A stretch of DNA of 64,000 nucleotides from the human T2T-CHM13v2.0 reference genome, Homo sapiens. Below the pieces are notes generated by a model. The model was not told the origin of the DNA and searched no databases. It saw nothing but the letters and a program-made list of their open reading frames with translations. The position numbers and the translations under genes were made by a program. Below are positions 43,322 to 58,247 of this stretch, one piece after another (position 1 is the first letter of the stretch; the number at the start of each line of letters is the position of its first letter). Location: assembly GCF_009914755.1 (NCBI RefSeq), contig NC_060941.1; one strand, written 5' to 3'.

Positions 43322-43508
43322 TAGTGCTTCTCAAAATGTGTCCCCTGAACAGCAGCATCAGCATCACCTGGGAGTTCATTAGAAAAGCAGATTCTCAAAC
43401 TGCTTGCAGACCTATTGTATCAGATACTCTGAAGCTGGGGCCCAGCAATCTGGATTTTGACAAGCTCTTCAGGTGATCCTAATGCACACTGTGTTTGAGA
43501 ACCACTGC
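43322..43508 (+). mobile_element. MER5A
   Basis: cagcagcatcagcatcacctgggag...ctggggcccagcaatctg...tttgagaaccactg. Confidence 0.88.
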
Positions 43509-43977
43509 TGTAGTCATGTCTTTGAGTGATGCACCTCCTCTGCTGGTGTAGTTATCTCAACAGATCTTCCAACTGAAGCTCTTACGGATGCAGCTGCAGC
43601 TGGCTTGCTTAGGTAGGCATTCCATCCTCTACCATGTGCTTTTCCTTTCCTTGGTCCTTAAATCTCCAGGCCTTGATTGAATTATGCTACTTCATTGATA
43701 GCCAGAACATTCATCTCTGCCACCTTCATTCCTATTGCAGTGGCAAATGCCTCTGCTGTTTCATTTGTCTTCTCATTCTCCACTCTTTTCAGACAAACTC
43801 AGCTGTTTGTAAAGGTGTAATATTCTTCCTAATTTGGCTCCCTCCCTTTTCCATATATGGTGCTAATACCCTCGCTGGATCATAGCACCTCTCTCCTTTT
43901 TCTTTCTCTTTCTCTTTGCTTTTCATCCCCATTCATTTGTTTTCATCATGACACTATTCCAGATTTTGTCCTTTTAG

Positions 43978-44675
<698 letters not shown>

Positions 44676-45020
44676 CTTAGTCTGTCTATCTCATTCTCCC
44701 TGAACCTTCCATTAGAAGATTACCTGCATGCAGTTCCTCATGATATCCGCTGATCCTGCCTTACTGCTATAATAGCTGTGTCATCTTGGCACTAGTGAAA
44801 TAATCCCTGAAAAATTTCACTCTGATCTTCCTGGTCATCCTTTATAGTCCAATACAAATTTTACATCCCTATTCAGTGTGGCTGTCCTATTCCTCAATGC
44901 AGCAGCTTTAAGAGTACATCTCCTAGTAGTCCCCCACATCTGGACAATCTTTCGGGACAGAGGTCTCCTTTCTTTTCTTTCTTTGCTTGTTGGATGTTTA
45001 GGCACCAGTCATGATGCCTC

Positions 45021-45180
45021 TTTTATTTTATTATTATTATTATTTTTTTTTAAGACAGAGTCTCGCTCTGTCACCAGGCTAGAGTAGCACGATCTCAGCT
45101 AACTGCAACCTCCGCCTCCTGGATTCAACCCATTCTCCTGCCTAGGCCTCCCGAGTTAGCTGGGACTACAGGCACATGAC
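45021..45180 (-). mobile_element. Alu right-arm fragment
   Basis: (TTA)n/T tail then gacagagtctcgctctgtc...gggactacaggc. Confidence 0.88.
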
Positions 45181-45405
45181 TTTAAGAGCATTTAAAACTT
45201 TTCAGGTTTATATCCTCCAACCTAGTCTCTAAAATAACAACATTTTTCCTAAAGAAGTAACTCCTTTTCTTCCATTCATCAAAGCATCTTCCATCATTTT
45301 TCTTTCATTTCCACCGGCTCGTGTTCTAAATACAAGATCAAAGCCTGTGGTTTAAACAATTCCATTCTTCCTTACCTCTCTGAGCAAATTTACCCTAGTG
45401 CTCTT

Positions 45406-45544
45406 ATCCTATTGACACTATTTCAAAAGATAGAGAAAGAGGAAATCCTTTATAAATTGTTCTATGAAGCCAATATCACCCAAATACCAAAACCAGGAAA
45501 GGATTTAACAAAAAAAGAAAACTACAGATCAATATCCCTGATGA
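45406..45544 (+). mobile_element. Orphan L1 ORF2 fragment inside a 58-bp inverted repeat
   Basis: atcctattgacactattt...aaactacagatcaatatccctgatga (ENYRSISLM-type region). Inverted-repeat arms at 45358-45415 and 45552-45609. Confidence 0.9.
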
Positions 45545-46192
45545 TAGGATATCAATAGGATAACAGCACTAGGGTAAACTTACTTAGAAGGTTAAGGAAG
45601 AATGGAATTACCCTAGTGTCAAAGAGACAGATTGTCAAGAAAACAGCCTTTTAAATATACTTCTTGGCTGAATGCCTGAAGATAACAAACCAGGAGCCCC
45701 AATTCTCTTTAACCATTATCTGAAACAGAGTCTCCTAAATCAGAGGTCATAACCAGATATGCATTTAATAAATAATATCTTATATAAGAAATAAGCTGTA
45801 TTGTTTTTAGGAGAGTGACTTTTTTTATTATTTCAATAGGCTTTTGGGGAACAGGTGGTGTTTGGTTATATGAATAAGTTCTTTAGTGGTGATTTCTGAG
45901 ATTTTGGTGCACCATCAGCCAAGCAGTGTACACTGTACCCAATGTGTAGTCTTTTATCCCTCACCCCTCTCCCACCTTTTCCCCTGAGTGCCCAAAGTCC
46001 ATTGTATCATTCTTATGCCTCGTGTCCTCATAGCTTAGCTCCCCACTTATGAGTGAGAATATACAATGTTTGGTTTTCCATTCCTGAGTTACTTCACTTA
46101 GAATAATGGTCTCCAGTTCCATCCAGGTTGCTGCAAATGCCGTTAATTCATTCCTTTTCATGACTGAGTAGTATTCCATGATATGTATATTA

Positions 46193-46211
46193 TAGATAGA
46201 TAGATAGATAC

Positions 46212-46266
<55 letters not shown>
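46193..46266. repeat. (TAGA)n tetranucleotide STR inside the L1
   Basis: About 18 units with one TACA interruption. Confidence 0.97.
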
Positions 46267-46268
<2 letters not shown>

Positions 46269-46778
46269 GTATGCATCACATTTTCTTTATCCACTTGTTG
46301 ACTGATGGACATTTGGACTTGTTCTATATTTTTGCAATTGCGAATGGTGCTGCTATAAACATGCATGTACAAGTATCTTTTTTGCATAATGACTTCCTCT
46401 GGGTAGATACCTAGGAGTGGGATTGCTGGATCGGGATGGTTTATTGACTTTTAGTTCTTTAAGGAATCTCTACACTTTTCCATGGTGATTGCACTAATTT
46501 ACATTCCCACCAACAGTGTAAATGTGTTCCCTTTTCACCACATCCATGCCAACATCTATTATTTTTTGATTTGTTGATTATGGCCATTCTTGAAGAAGTG
46601 GGGTGGTATCACATTGTGGTTTTGATTTACATTTCCCTGATAATTCATGATGTTAAGCATTTTTTTCATATGTTTGTTGGCCATTTGTATATCTTCTTTT
46701 GACAAATGTCGATTTATGTCCTTAGCCCACTTTTGGATAGGATTGTTTTTTTCTTGCTGATTTGTTTGAATTATTTGT

Positions 46779-47139
46779 TGTATTAGTCCATTCTCATGCT
46801 GCTATGAAGAAATATCTGAGATTAGGTAATTTATAAAGAAAAGAGGTTAATTGACTCAGAGTTCTGCATGTCTGGAGAGGCCTCAGGAAATCTACAATCA
46901 TGGCGGAAGGCACCTCTTCACAGGGTAGCAGGAGAGAGAATGAGAGCCAGCAAGGGAAATGCCAGACACTTATAAACCCATCAGATCTCATAAGAATTCA
47001 CCATCACAAGAACAGCATGGGGGAAACCGCCCCCTTGATTCAATTACCTCCCATCGGGTCCCTCCTATGATACATGGTGATAATGGGGATTACAATTCAA
47101 GATGAGATTTGGGTGGGGACACAGAGCCAAACCATATCA
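46779..47139 (-). mobile_element. THE1D/MSTA-like solo LTR inserted in the L1PB
   Basis: tgtattagtccattctcatgctgct...ccaaaccatatca; the L1 resumes colinearly. Confidence 0.9.
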
Positions 47140-50100
47140 CTTATAGATTCTGGATATTAGTACTTTGTCAGATGTATAGATTGCAAAGATTTTATCCCAC
47201 TCTGTGGGTTTTCTGTTTACTCTGCTGATTATTTCTTTTGCTGTGCAGAAGCTTTTTAGCTTAATTAGGTCCCATCTATTTATCTTTGTTTTTGTTGCAT
47301 TTGATTTTGGGTTCTTGATTATGAAGTCTTTGCCTAAGCCAATGTCTAGAAGGGTTTTTCCAAAGTTGTCTTCTAGAATTTTTACGATTTCAGGTCTTAG
47401 ATTTTAGTCTTTAATCCATCTTGAGTTGATTTTTGTATAGGGTGAGAGATGAGGATCCAGTTTCATTCTTCTACATGTGGCTTGCCAATTATCCCAGCAC
47501 CATTTGTTGAATAGGGTATCCTTTCCCTACTTTATATTTTTGTTTGTTTTGTCAAAGATCTGGTGAACGTAAGTATTTAGCTTTATTTCTGGCTTCTCAA
47601 TTCTGTTCCATTGGTCTATATGCCTATTTTTTTTGTACCAATACCATGCTGTTTTGGTGACTATGGCTTTATACTATAGTTTGAAGTCAGGTAATGTAAT
47701 ATCTCCAGACTTGTTCTTTTTGTTTAGTCTTGCTTTGGCTATGCAGGCTTTTTTTGGTTCCATATGAATTTTAGGATTGATTTGTCTAGTTCTGTGAAGA
47801 ACGATGGTGGCATTTTGATGGGAATTGCATTAAATTTGTAGATTGCTTTTGGCAGTATGGTTATTTTCACAATATTGATTCTACCAATCCATGAGCATGT
47901 GATGTGTTTCCATTTGTGTCATCCATGATTTCTTGCTGCAGTGTTTTGTAGTTTTCCCTGTAGAGGTATTTCACCTCCTTGGTTAAGTAAATTCTAAGTA
48001 TTTTAATTTTTTTGCAGCTATTATAAAAGGGGTTGAGTTCTTGATTTGATTCTCGGCTTGGTCGCTCTTGGTGTATAGCAGAACTACTGATATGTGTACA
48101 TTAATTTTGTATCCTGAAACTTTTCTGAATTCACTTACCAGTTCTAGGAGCTTTCTGGATGAGTCTTTAGGGTTTTCTAGGTATATGATCATATCATCAG
48201 CAAACAGTGACAGTTTGACTCCCTCAGTACTATGTTGAATAGAAGCAGCGAGAGTGGGCATCCTTGTCTTGTTCCAGTTCTCGGGGGAATGCTTTCAATT
48301 TTTCCCCATTTAGTATAATATTGGCTGTGGGTTTGTCATAGAAGGCTTTTATTACCTTAAGGTATGTCCCTTCTATGATGATTTTGCTGAGGGTTTTAAT
48401 TATAAAGAGATGCTGGATTTTGTCAAATGCTTTTTCTGTGTCTATTGAGATCACCATGTACTTTTTGTTTTTAATTCTGTTTGTGTGGTGTATCACATTT
48501 ATTGACTTGCAGATGTGAAACCATCCCTGCATCCCTGGTATGAAACCTACCTGATCATGGTGGATTATCATTTTGATGTGCTGTGGGGTTCTGTTAGCTA
48601 GGATTTTGTTGAGGATTTTTGCATTTATGTTCAACAGGGATATTGGTCTGTAGTTTTCTCTTTTTGCTATGTTATTTTCTGGTTTTGATATTAGGGTGAT
48701 ACCGGTTTCATACAGTAATTTAGGGAGGATTATCTCTTTCTCTCTTTTGGAATAGTGCCAATAGGATAAGAAATAAGCTGTATGAAGAAATCCAGTTTGA
48801 GACCAGGAGCCTGTGGGCAGGCTACATGAATGAGAAGGTTAGTTTTTCCGCAGTCCTCCTTGAGCCTATGCAACTCCATACAAAAGAAAAAGGAACCCAA
48901 GCTGGATCAGCTGAGCTAGTAGTTCCAGTGCCTAGCACTACACCCAAAGGCGCAAACCACTCGCTCTAGTTCTTTACCTTGCATGGAATTTAGCTGGTGT
49001 TTTTTTTGCTACTTGGTCCAAATAACACAACGTTGGTCTCAGCAGCACATTTACTACAAGTCATTGCTACCAAAGCAAGCCAGAAACTAAGACTGGCATT
49101 GCCCATTCATGCTAAAGCTGTTCACAATAGCTGTACCAAGAGCAGCAGCCTCACATCTGAAGTTCTTTGTATTTATTCCAGGCAGTGCACTAACTTATTA
49201 GGATTGAGATGCTAATCCTTCACCCCCTCTTCTTCACTAAATGGTATCAAAGTATCAACTTTATTGATAGCCAGGGAGTATCCAGTAACTTTAACATACA
49301 GAGCAGCTGGGACGCTTGACTAAAGAAGCCAGACCAGGGTTTCTAACTACCCTTCTCTGAATTGAAGAGGCTGGAGCTGGCACCAGAGCAATGTGACTCA
49401 ACCATCCCGTCACAGGCTGAAAAGCTGGCCCCAAGACAGCAGGCCCCTGACTTGCAGCATTAACACAGGAACCCCGGTCTCTGTGCACACGAGCGGTGGC
49501 TGTAACCAACAAGCCTACCCCCTATAGAAACATGGCCCACGCTGGATGCCTGGTTTTTCACAGTCTAGTAAGACAATCTCCTCCTAGACAGAGGAGAAAG
49601 TAAAAGGGTGAAGAGAGAAGTCAGTCATTCTCACTTCACATCCCTCATTCATATGTGGGAGTGTGGAAGCCTCCACCTCAAGGAAAACAGAGGGAGGCAG
49701 GAGGAAGGAGAAACATTTCTCCCTCTTATCTATTTAAGCTATCTACACCTTTCCCCTGATTTAAGAAAGCTTTGCTATGTACCAGGTGCCATCCTAAGTG
49801 CTGCCCATAGAGTAACACATTTCAACTTTCTAACAATCTTGGGGGAAGACTAATATGATCTCTGGTTTACAAAGGAAATTGAGGATGAAGTAATTTGGGA
49901 TTTCAGTCCACATAACTCTTACCCCAAAAGCTGTTCTTAAAGCAATAAGCACATGGCTATTTAATATATGCTGAAATCCCTTTGAGTTCACTTCAGTTCA
50001 CTTAAACATTTCATATGTTAGGGATCGTACTGTGCCCAGGGAGGCAAAGGATGGGAGGACAGTCCTGAAGACTTGTTCTTAACATATATCCACACATCCC

Positions 50101-51364
50101 AAATGGACATTCTTGTGCCCCAGGAAGCAAGAGAGTAGTATGGCAGAAAGTTTAAAACTAGGGTGTCTCTTACTCCAGATGTAGGTATAAAAGATGGATT
50201 GAGTGACCTCAGTGGCAATTAATTTAAAACATTTTAGTATTAACACAAACTAGAATGTATTTGGGAGCAGAAGCACAATTAGCCTGTATTTATTAAGAGA
50301 ATACATCAGACTTCACAAAAATGTGGGGAGGTCTCTTTGTCATATCCTGAAACCTCTAGGGATGTGCCTTTAACTCACCTCTGTTGTAGAGCTCTTTTAG
50401 TAGAAAACGTTTAGAGGAACCAAATGTGCGTTAATAAGAATACATCCAAGATACACAGTGATGATCTCTGTCTGAGATGGTGAAGCTTGAGGGTGGAGGA
50501 CATCAAGAAAAGCTTCGCAGAGGGGCTGCTGCCTTTCTAAGCCAAAATTTGTCAAAGAGTAGGAAAAGCAAGTTTTGAAAATAGATAAGCCAGGAGTGTG
50601 GCCTGAGATAGTTACATCTCTGAGATTACATCTTTCTTGTATTAAAAAATGGGATGATGCTCCCTATTGCACAGGTGATTTGGAGATTCAAATTAGATAA
50701 TGCATATGCCTCATACATACATGGTTAGCGAAAAAGAATGCTAGTGTCTCCCCCGTCATTCTTTCTTCAACTGCAGGTCCCACTAACTCCTCATTCTCTC
50801 TAACCTGGTTTCCACTCCTTCAACTCTGCAAAATATCTTTCTCTAAGATTTCCCCTGACCTTTCCATCACTAATCCCAAAGGCTACTAGTCAGCCCTCAT
50901 TCTCTCAGACCTCTGGAATATTTAACCCACTTGTCCTCTTCAGCCCATTTGAGTCTATTTCTCCTAATGGTTTCCATTATCTGCTGTTGTTGTCCTCTGT
51001 GGAAAAAAATGGGCTAACATGCAAACAAATAATATACAGCTATTAAAAATAAGGATGTATAGCAATGTGTACTGATATGTATAACCCAATTGCCCCAAGG
51101 CCTCTAGCTTTTGGGGCAGTAACCCTTTCCTTTCATAACCAAGTTAAATAAATAAGTCCCCATCCACATAACTGGAGGAAATCCACTCACTTTTCCAATA
51201 TCTCTGAAGATTTCCTGCATGATGCTTATGTTCACTTATGGTTATCTATCATCCTCGTCTCCAAACTCCTGCCTCTGGTATAGAGTCATCTTTTGTGGCC
51301 AAGTAATTTGGGCTCTGTACAAGGAAGCTGTGTACTTTAGCCCTGACTGGGGATGATCCTGGAG

Positions 51365-51550
51365 CAGCAGAGCACCGTGCTTAAGTGTGAGAGCACCACA
51401 CTGCGTGAGTCCAGATCCAGAATCTATCGCTTACCAGCTGTGACTTTGGGCATTGTATTTAACTTCTCTGTCTGACCTTCACCACACCCAGTTTCCTCAT
51501 CTGTAAATTGGGATGAGAATAGCACCTACCCTACAGGGTTATTGTGTGAG
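51365..51550 (+). mobile_element. MIR
   Basis: ttaccagctgtgactttgggc...cagtttcctcatctgtaaa...gggttattgtg. Confidence 0.8.
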
Positions 51551-51817
51551 AAAGCCCATTACCAATAAGGTGAGCAGACACACTGAGAAGGCTGAGACAG
51601 AGGTGAGTTTTCTCAACTTAGAATAGGGGTCCAGAAAACACAATGAAAGGGACAAGAACAGGAAGATGGAGGGGCATGGGCCCGAGAAGAAAGAATCTGA
51701 TTGAGACAGGAAAGAAGGAGCTCAGGGTAGCCCAAGCATAGGTTTTTCACTTGGCAGAGGAGGTGCGATTCATGTAGATGAAGGAATCAGAAAACTGCAA
51801 AACTAGTTGGGCACAGA

Positions 51818-51980
51818 TAGGGCCAGCTCCATGGGCTTGCACTCAGTGAAGCCACACAGGACCCTGTGCTCAGTTTAATGCTCTGCTGTCACTGTCTTGA
51901 AATTCTTAATAATTTTATAACATGGGGCACCATTTTTTCATTTTTTCACAGAGCCCCACAAATGAAGTACCTGGTCCCGG
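51818..51980. mobile_element. MER91A-like hAT element
   Basis: agggccagctccatgggc...gtttaatgctctgctgtcactgtcttgaaattcttaataatttt. Confidence 0.7.
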
Positions 51981-53601
51981 GCACAGGTATCGGTGCCAGA
52001 GGCAGCGTGGGTGGGAGGCTGCTGGGCAGACAGAATTGTGTTGCCGGAGAAGCCTAGAGGTTCATTCACCTCACTGCACTCTATTGAATAGCCATGACAT
52101 GTTGAATATGCTAGACACCATGGAGGATAAAAAGATGAGTAAACAGTTGCCTGAGTTTATGCTCCGATTCATAAGGAATTCAAGCCATTTACTCTCCTGT
52201 TAGAAGGGTTTTAGAGCAGCATCAATTGAGGTCACCTTTTGTGAGAAAGAACTTCAGTGGGGCTTTTTTCCCCCAAATTTTATGTATGAAGCCTTCATAA
52301 TATTTTGTAAGTGGCCTCAAAGAAAATGTTCTATTAAAATTGATAGCTAAATATGTAAACACTGCTCATTGATCAGCTTTCATATTATCCACAGCAGTTT
52401 TGAAAGCGGATCCTTTATTCCTTGCCAAAAACTACTGCTTTGATATTGGAATAACTAATCCTTGGAAATTTATTATTTAATTATAACATTTGGACAGTAG
52501 CCTACGAGACATGAAAGATTTCTGTGAGTCTGTATTGTCAGCTGACAACTTGGAGTTAGAGATTTGAAATGTCTGAAAGTTGAAAATATTCAGAGTCGGA
52601 TCATAATGATGTCATGTAGAAAAGATTTGAATATAAATGGAACTTCAAGGCATCATTGGAGAGTCTTCAGTCAAACAGCTCTTACTCTGCCTTTTTATTC
52701 TAACAGGGTTATTACATTGAAGTGGCTAGTGCAGAAATCAAAGACCTTTCTAAATGTTGATGTCAGTTAATCGGAGAAGGGTGATTTCCATAGATGATGT
52801 GCTCTGCTAGAAAAAGCATAAAAATGGGAGCCAAAAGACCTAATTTCTATTTTTTAAACAAGGCACACTCCTCTGTGCCTCAGTTTACCTATCTGTAAAG
52901 CAAAGCCTCAGGTGGAGGACCCCACATTGTTAATGATGCCGCTCTTTAGGTGAAACTCTGCCCAGATCAGCCTAAAGGGCCTTTCTGGCCTCCTACACCT
53001 CAAATTCAGCAACCCATGGGATAATTAAGCTTACTGGGAATTCTAGTCAGAGAAATAATGCTCAAACAAGGAAAGCTTCTATTGTAGGATGTGAAATAAA
53101 AGGAAGAAAAAGAAAAATATAAAAAGAAAGAGAAGATGACAATGGTGCAGTCAAAGCTTATAAGCTTAAACCCCACACTTAAAATCTCTGCAAAATCCTG
53201 GGAGATAACATTCTCTCACCCACATCAGGACTTTAGGACAAGGGAGGAATCTTACTCTACAGAACAGTGAATAATTGAGGATTGAATACGAAGCATCCCT
53301 GTCATTAAAGGACCTCCCTCCATCCTTCCAGCCAGCAAAAATTTCACACTGCCCTCTCTTCTCCAGAGATCTCACCTCTCTACTGTTCAACAAACTCCCC
53401 CTAGCTGACTTTAGGAATTTCATCCCTCTCACTGTCTTCTGTAGCAGCATTTGGCTCCTAGACCACCAATTCAAGATCTAGACCAACTGTGCATTTGCTA
53501 AGTCAAAGACCATTTCCTCATGGTTTCACTTTTAGTGACTCCAAAGTGTTAGCAGAGTTCTTCAAAATTCCACCGCATTGTGTTGAACAGAATGCATAGA
53601 G

Positions 53602-53828
53602 CAGTGGTTCTTAATTGAGGAGGAAGGGCCCAGCAATTGTGCCCCTCCAGCAACATTTGACAATGTTTTGTGACATTTTTGTTGTCACAAATGGCGAAGA
53701 GGATAATACTGGCATGTGGCAGATAGAGGCCATGGACACTGCCAAATATCCTACAATGCACAGAACAGCCTCCACAACACAGAATCAATCAGGCCCCAAA
53801 TGTCCATAGTACTAAGGTTGAGAAACCA
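53602..53828 (+). mobile_element. MER20
   Basis: cagtggttct...acatttgacaatg...ggttgagaaacc. Confidence 0.85.
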
Positions 53829-54009
53829 ATATAGAAATTTATTTTCCCACTGTTATGAGTAAGTTCATCTCCCCTTCAAAGGCAAAGGAAGCTAGTCAGT
53901 TTAGCTTTTGAATAATAATTTTTTTCAGCATACTATGTTTAAAAATAATTTGTACTTGTCTTTCCCCAGTTAAGGGGTTTTGGGTATAGAACTTTTAAAT
54001 GATGTCTGT

Positions 54010-55310
54010 GTTCCCTGAAGAATAATTAGTGACTTCTAGATTTCTAGCACTATTATCTCTAATAGATTTACTTGCTAGGATCTCAACAGTTACATGTCCC
54101 AGTGGCTCCACAAATTCAACGTGTCTAAAACTACTTTGGCCACAGCTATAGCTTAGAACTTCATCCTTTCTCACCTGCATTCTACCTCCTAGTGAGTCAT
54201 TAGATTCCAACAAAATCTTCTCTCATATTGCTCATTTCTGTGGCTAACCATATCAACCACCCCATTCTCCAGGCATCACCTAATCCCCTATCCACATCCA
54301 ATAGATCACCTGGTCCCGCAACCTGTTTCTCCTTAGCCCCTTCTCTCTCTCTCTCTCTCTCTTCCCCACCCTCCCTCCCTCCCCTCTTCCCTCCCCTATG
54401 TTACTCCTCTGATTCAGTTCCTCAACACAAATATCTGGGTTAATTAAATAACTCCTTCTGACTATTCCTTTTTCCAAGCTGACCTTTATAAATCCATGCT
54501 GTACAAATCCATTCATACTTCTTCCCTATTTTAGGAAATTTTAAATACATTTCTTGGCTTTCAGAATAATGTTCAACCCTTTACCTGGCTGAGATGATCT
54601 AACTCTTGCTTGTCTCTGTCCCATCTCTTTTCACTCTTCCATGTGGAATTCTTTGGTCTAACTTTTTTGAGCTACTTTGTACTTCAGCACATGCCCTGTC
54701 TCGGGGACTTCACACATGTTGTTTTCAGCAAAGAATACTCTTTTCCACCTTTTCTTCTTGCCCAACACCTAATCATCTTGAAATCTCAGCTCTGCCATGA
54801 ACATCACTGCTCTGGGAGAGTGTCTCTGGATCACCAGAGCCATCCTTCACCATGTGTTTCCCTCAAATTCCCTTGGAATAAAGGGTACTTTCATCACATA
54901 AATTTGTGACAGTCCCTCTCCCTGGAATTCATACCCAATATTAGAATATTACAAGTTCTGAAAAAAGACTGCCATAAAAAGATTTCTTGATCTTTGATCC
55001 AATGTTTCCCAAACTTACTTGAACATTTAACTTATTTTTTCTGCAAACCTATTATCATCTTTTTTTGGAAAATTTTGCCTTCATCTGATTTAGGAAGAAC
55101 TTCCTTTGCTCCTATAGGTACCCCAGGCATAGGTCTATTACAGTACTTTTCACACATCCCTGTAATTGCAGAGTCATTTTCTAATAGGTCTCATATACAA
55201 TAGACTGACTACAAATGCCTCAATAATAAAATAATCACCGTGTTTTTATCAGCATTATACATCCAATACCTAGAACACATTTTAGATATCTGATAAATAT
55301 TTGATAAATA
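54010..55310 (+). mobile_element. L2 fragments
   Basis: caaattcaacgtgtctaaaact, atccacatccaatagatcacc and a terminal cctagaacac...ataaatatttgataaataaat. Confidence 0.55.
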
Positions 55311-55390
55311 AATACATTATTGGACAAAGGACAATATAGTTCATTACTATTAATAATTCACCTATGTTAAAGAGTAGGTGCATTTTTTGA

Positions 55391-55708
<318 letters not shown>

Positions 55709-56498
55709 TAATTGTTTTGATAAAATATTTTAATATTCAAGATAGAATGTAATTTATGATATTGACATGCTTTCTGAGAATGCCATGTTTAAGTGAATTT
55801 CTTAGTGTCTCTATCCTGAAGATAAGGGTTTATGCTTGGTCTGGCTTCTTAATCTGGGATTGGCATGGAAATCTTTTTATTGTTTTGGGAGTCAGTTTTG
55901 AATTTGTTGCTGTTGTTTTGTGTTTTGTTTTTTAAGAAGACCACAACTCAACTGTGAGTTATTTGGGGTCATTTTCTGCTCCAATGGCGGCTACTGAAAC
56001 CAGTACAAACTGTCAGAGCAGTTTCATTAAAGGTATTAGGAGGCCCTTGGCTTTTTAATATTAAGCTCAAATCCAAAATGACCTTAAAATGCAGTAACAT
56101 TGAAGTCAGAAAATCTGTATTCTAGTTCAAATCACTTGCAGCATGATTTGGAGAGGATCATTAAATCTCACTGATTCTTGTTTCCTCCAGTAACTTAGTA
56201 TGCTGGTAAACTTATTCTCTGTCTTCCGAAGGTGATGTGAGAATTACATGAGATGATCTATGGAAAAACTGTGTAAGCTTGAAAGCATTCAACAAGGCAC
56301 TCCCAAATGAAATGCAAGCCCCTCAAAGGGGGAGGTCATCACTTATTGATCACTCTCATGCTTAATACAATACCTGGAAAAAGAGATATTCATAAATATT
56401 GAATTAATTAATGCAGATAATAAAATGATAAAACAGTAGCCCTGAAGCTATGTTAATGCAATGGGAACAAAAACAAAACACATTTAAATATTGTACTA

Positions 56499-56811
<313 letters not shown>

Positions 56812-56820
<9 letters not shown>

Positions 56821-57101
56821 AGAAAGAAAGAGGAAGGGAGGAAAAGAAAGGAAAGGAAAGGGAAAGGGAAAGGGAAACGGAAAAGGAAAAGGGAAAGGGA
56901 AGAGGGAGGAAGGAAGGAAAGGAGGGAGGGAGGAAGTCAGGAAGGAAGGGAGGAAGGGAGGGAGGGAGGAAGGAAGGAAGGAAGGAAGGGAGGAAGGGAG
57001 GGAGGGAGGAAGGAAGGAAGGAAGGAAGGGAGGGAGGGAGGGAGGGAGGAAGGAAGGAAGGAAGGGAGTGGGGGAGGGAGGAACGAACGAACGAAAGAAA
57101 G
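56812..57101. repeat. Polypurine (GGAA/GGGA)n low-complexity tract
   Basis: About 290 bp, almost pure purine. Confidence 0.95.
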
Positions 57102-57104
57102 ACA

Positions 57105-57492
57105 GACCTGAGACTGGGTAATTTATAAAGAAAAGAGGTTTAATTGGCTCATGGTTCTGCAGGCTGCACAGGATCATGATGTTGGCATCTGCTCAGCTTC
57201 TGGAGAGACCTAAGGAAACTTAGAATCATGGCAGAAGGTGAAGGGGGAAGCAGGCAGGTCACATGGCCAGAGCAAGAGCAAGAGAGAGAGAGCATAAAGA
57301 TGCCACACACTTTTAAATGACCAGAACTCATGAGAACTCACTACCGTGAGGACAGTACCAAGAGATGGTACTAAACCATTCATGGGAAATCCACTTCCAT
57401 GATCCAGTCACCTCCCACCAGGCTGCATCTGCAACACTGGAGATTACATTTAAACATGAGATTTGAGTGGGGCACACATCCAAACTATATCA
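57105..57492 (-). mobile_element. MSTA/MSTB-like LTR, one end missing
   Basis: acctgagactgggtaatttataaagaaaagagg...ccaaactatatca. Confidence 0.88.
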
Positions 57493-57813
57493 AATATATA
57501 AATATATGCCATATTTATACATCTGCTTGTATATATGCCTATTGATGAAGGGCCTGAAGTAGATGAAAGGTGACCAAATTATGAAAATTTATAAGGAAAA
57601 TTAAATGTCAATAAACATTAGAATCAAACAGAGCCTTATACGATGTACAAGAAATTAATACTTTTTTTAAGAAGTTCAGTGATAGCCAGATATAAGTGTA
57701 TACCAAGAACAATTTTAAATGGTTAAAAATACATTCAAATATTCTTATAGCAATCAAGATATACAGAAGTCCAAATATAATTTGAAGTGGTTGGAAACAT
57801 GGATGAACTTTAC

Positions 57814-57873
57814 CTGAAGAAACTCTCTCCCAGCATTCTGCAGATGTGACAAAGCGATTTCGAACACAGTTAT
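57814..57873 (-). other. Candidate 60-nt exon
   Basis: ttcagcttttcccatctacag|ATAACT...TTTCTTCAG|gtaaag; splice signals only. Confidence 0.3.
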
Positions 57874-58109
57874 CTGTAGATGGGAAAAGCTGAAGCTCGG
57901 CCTACATTTGTTTGCAGTACAGGAGTCCCCAACACCCTGGCTTGCAGGTTTTGGAAGTGGTGGTCAGATTCAGCCATTGGTGGGCATCTTCTGGACACCA
58001 TCATTTACAGGGCTGGGGAAGGTGAGGGCACTGAAGCCTGGGAAAATGCCTGCCTCCCAGGAAACAGGGAACACAGGCTCTTTTTCTCTTCAGTCCAAGG
58101 GGCCCACCC

Positions 58110-58247
58110 CATAGAGCCTACTGCCCTGTGTGGAAACTTGTAAGAAATGCAGAATTCCAGTCCCCACCCCAGACCTTCCAAATCAGAATCTGCTTTTTAT
58201 CAGGGTCTCAGGTGATCTGTGGACACATTCAAGTATAAGGAGCACTG
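58110..58247. mobile_element. MER5A/5B-like fragment
   Basis: aagaaatgcagaattcc...ccccaccccagacc...aatcagaatctgc. Confidence 0.7.

Larger units (their letters stand above)
45820..48767 (-). mobile_element. 5'-truncated L1PB-like element
   Basis: ORF2 RT peptides ([22 protein letters not shown]), L1PB-type 3' end, TSD aagaaataagctgtat at 45786-45801 and 48768-48783. Confidence 0.93.

Noticed and set aside
48215-48240. About 60-bp internal deletion in the L1PB
   Set aside because: Ordinary decay of an old element.
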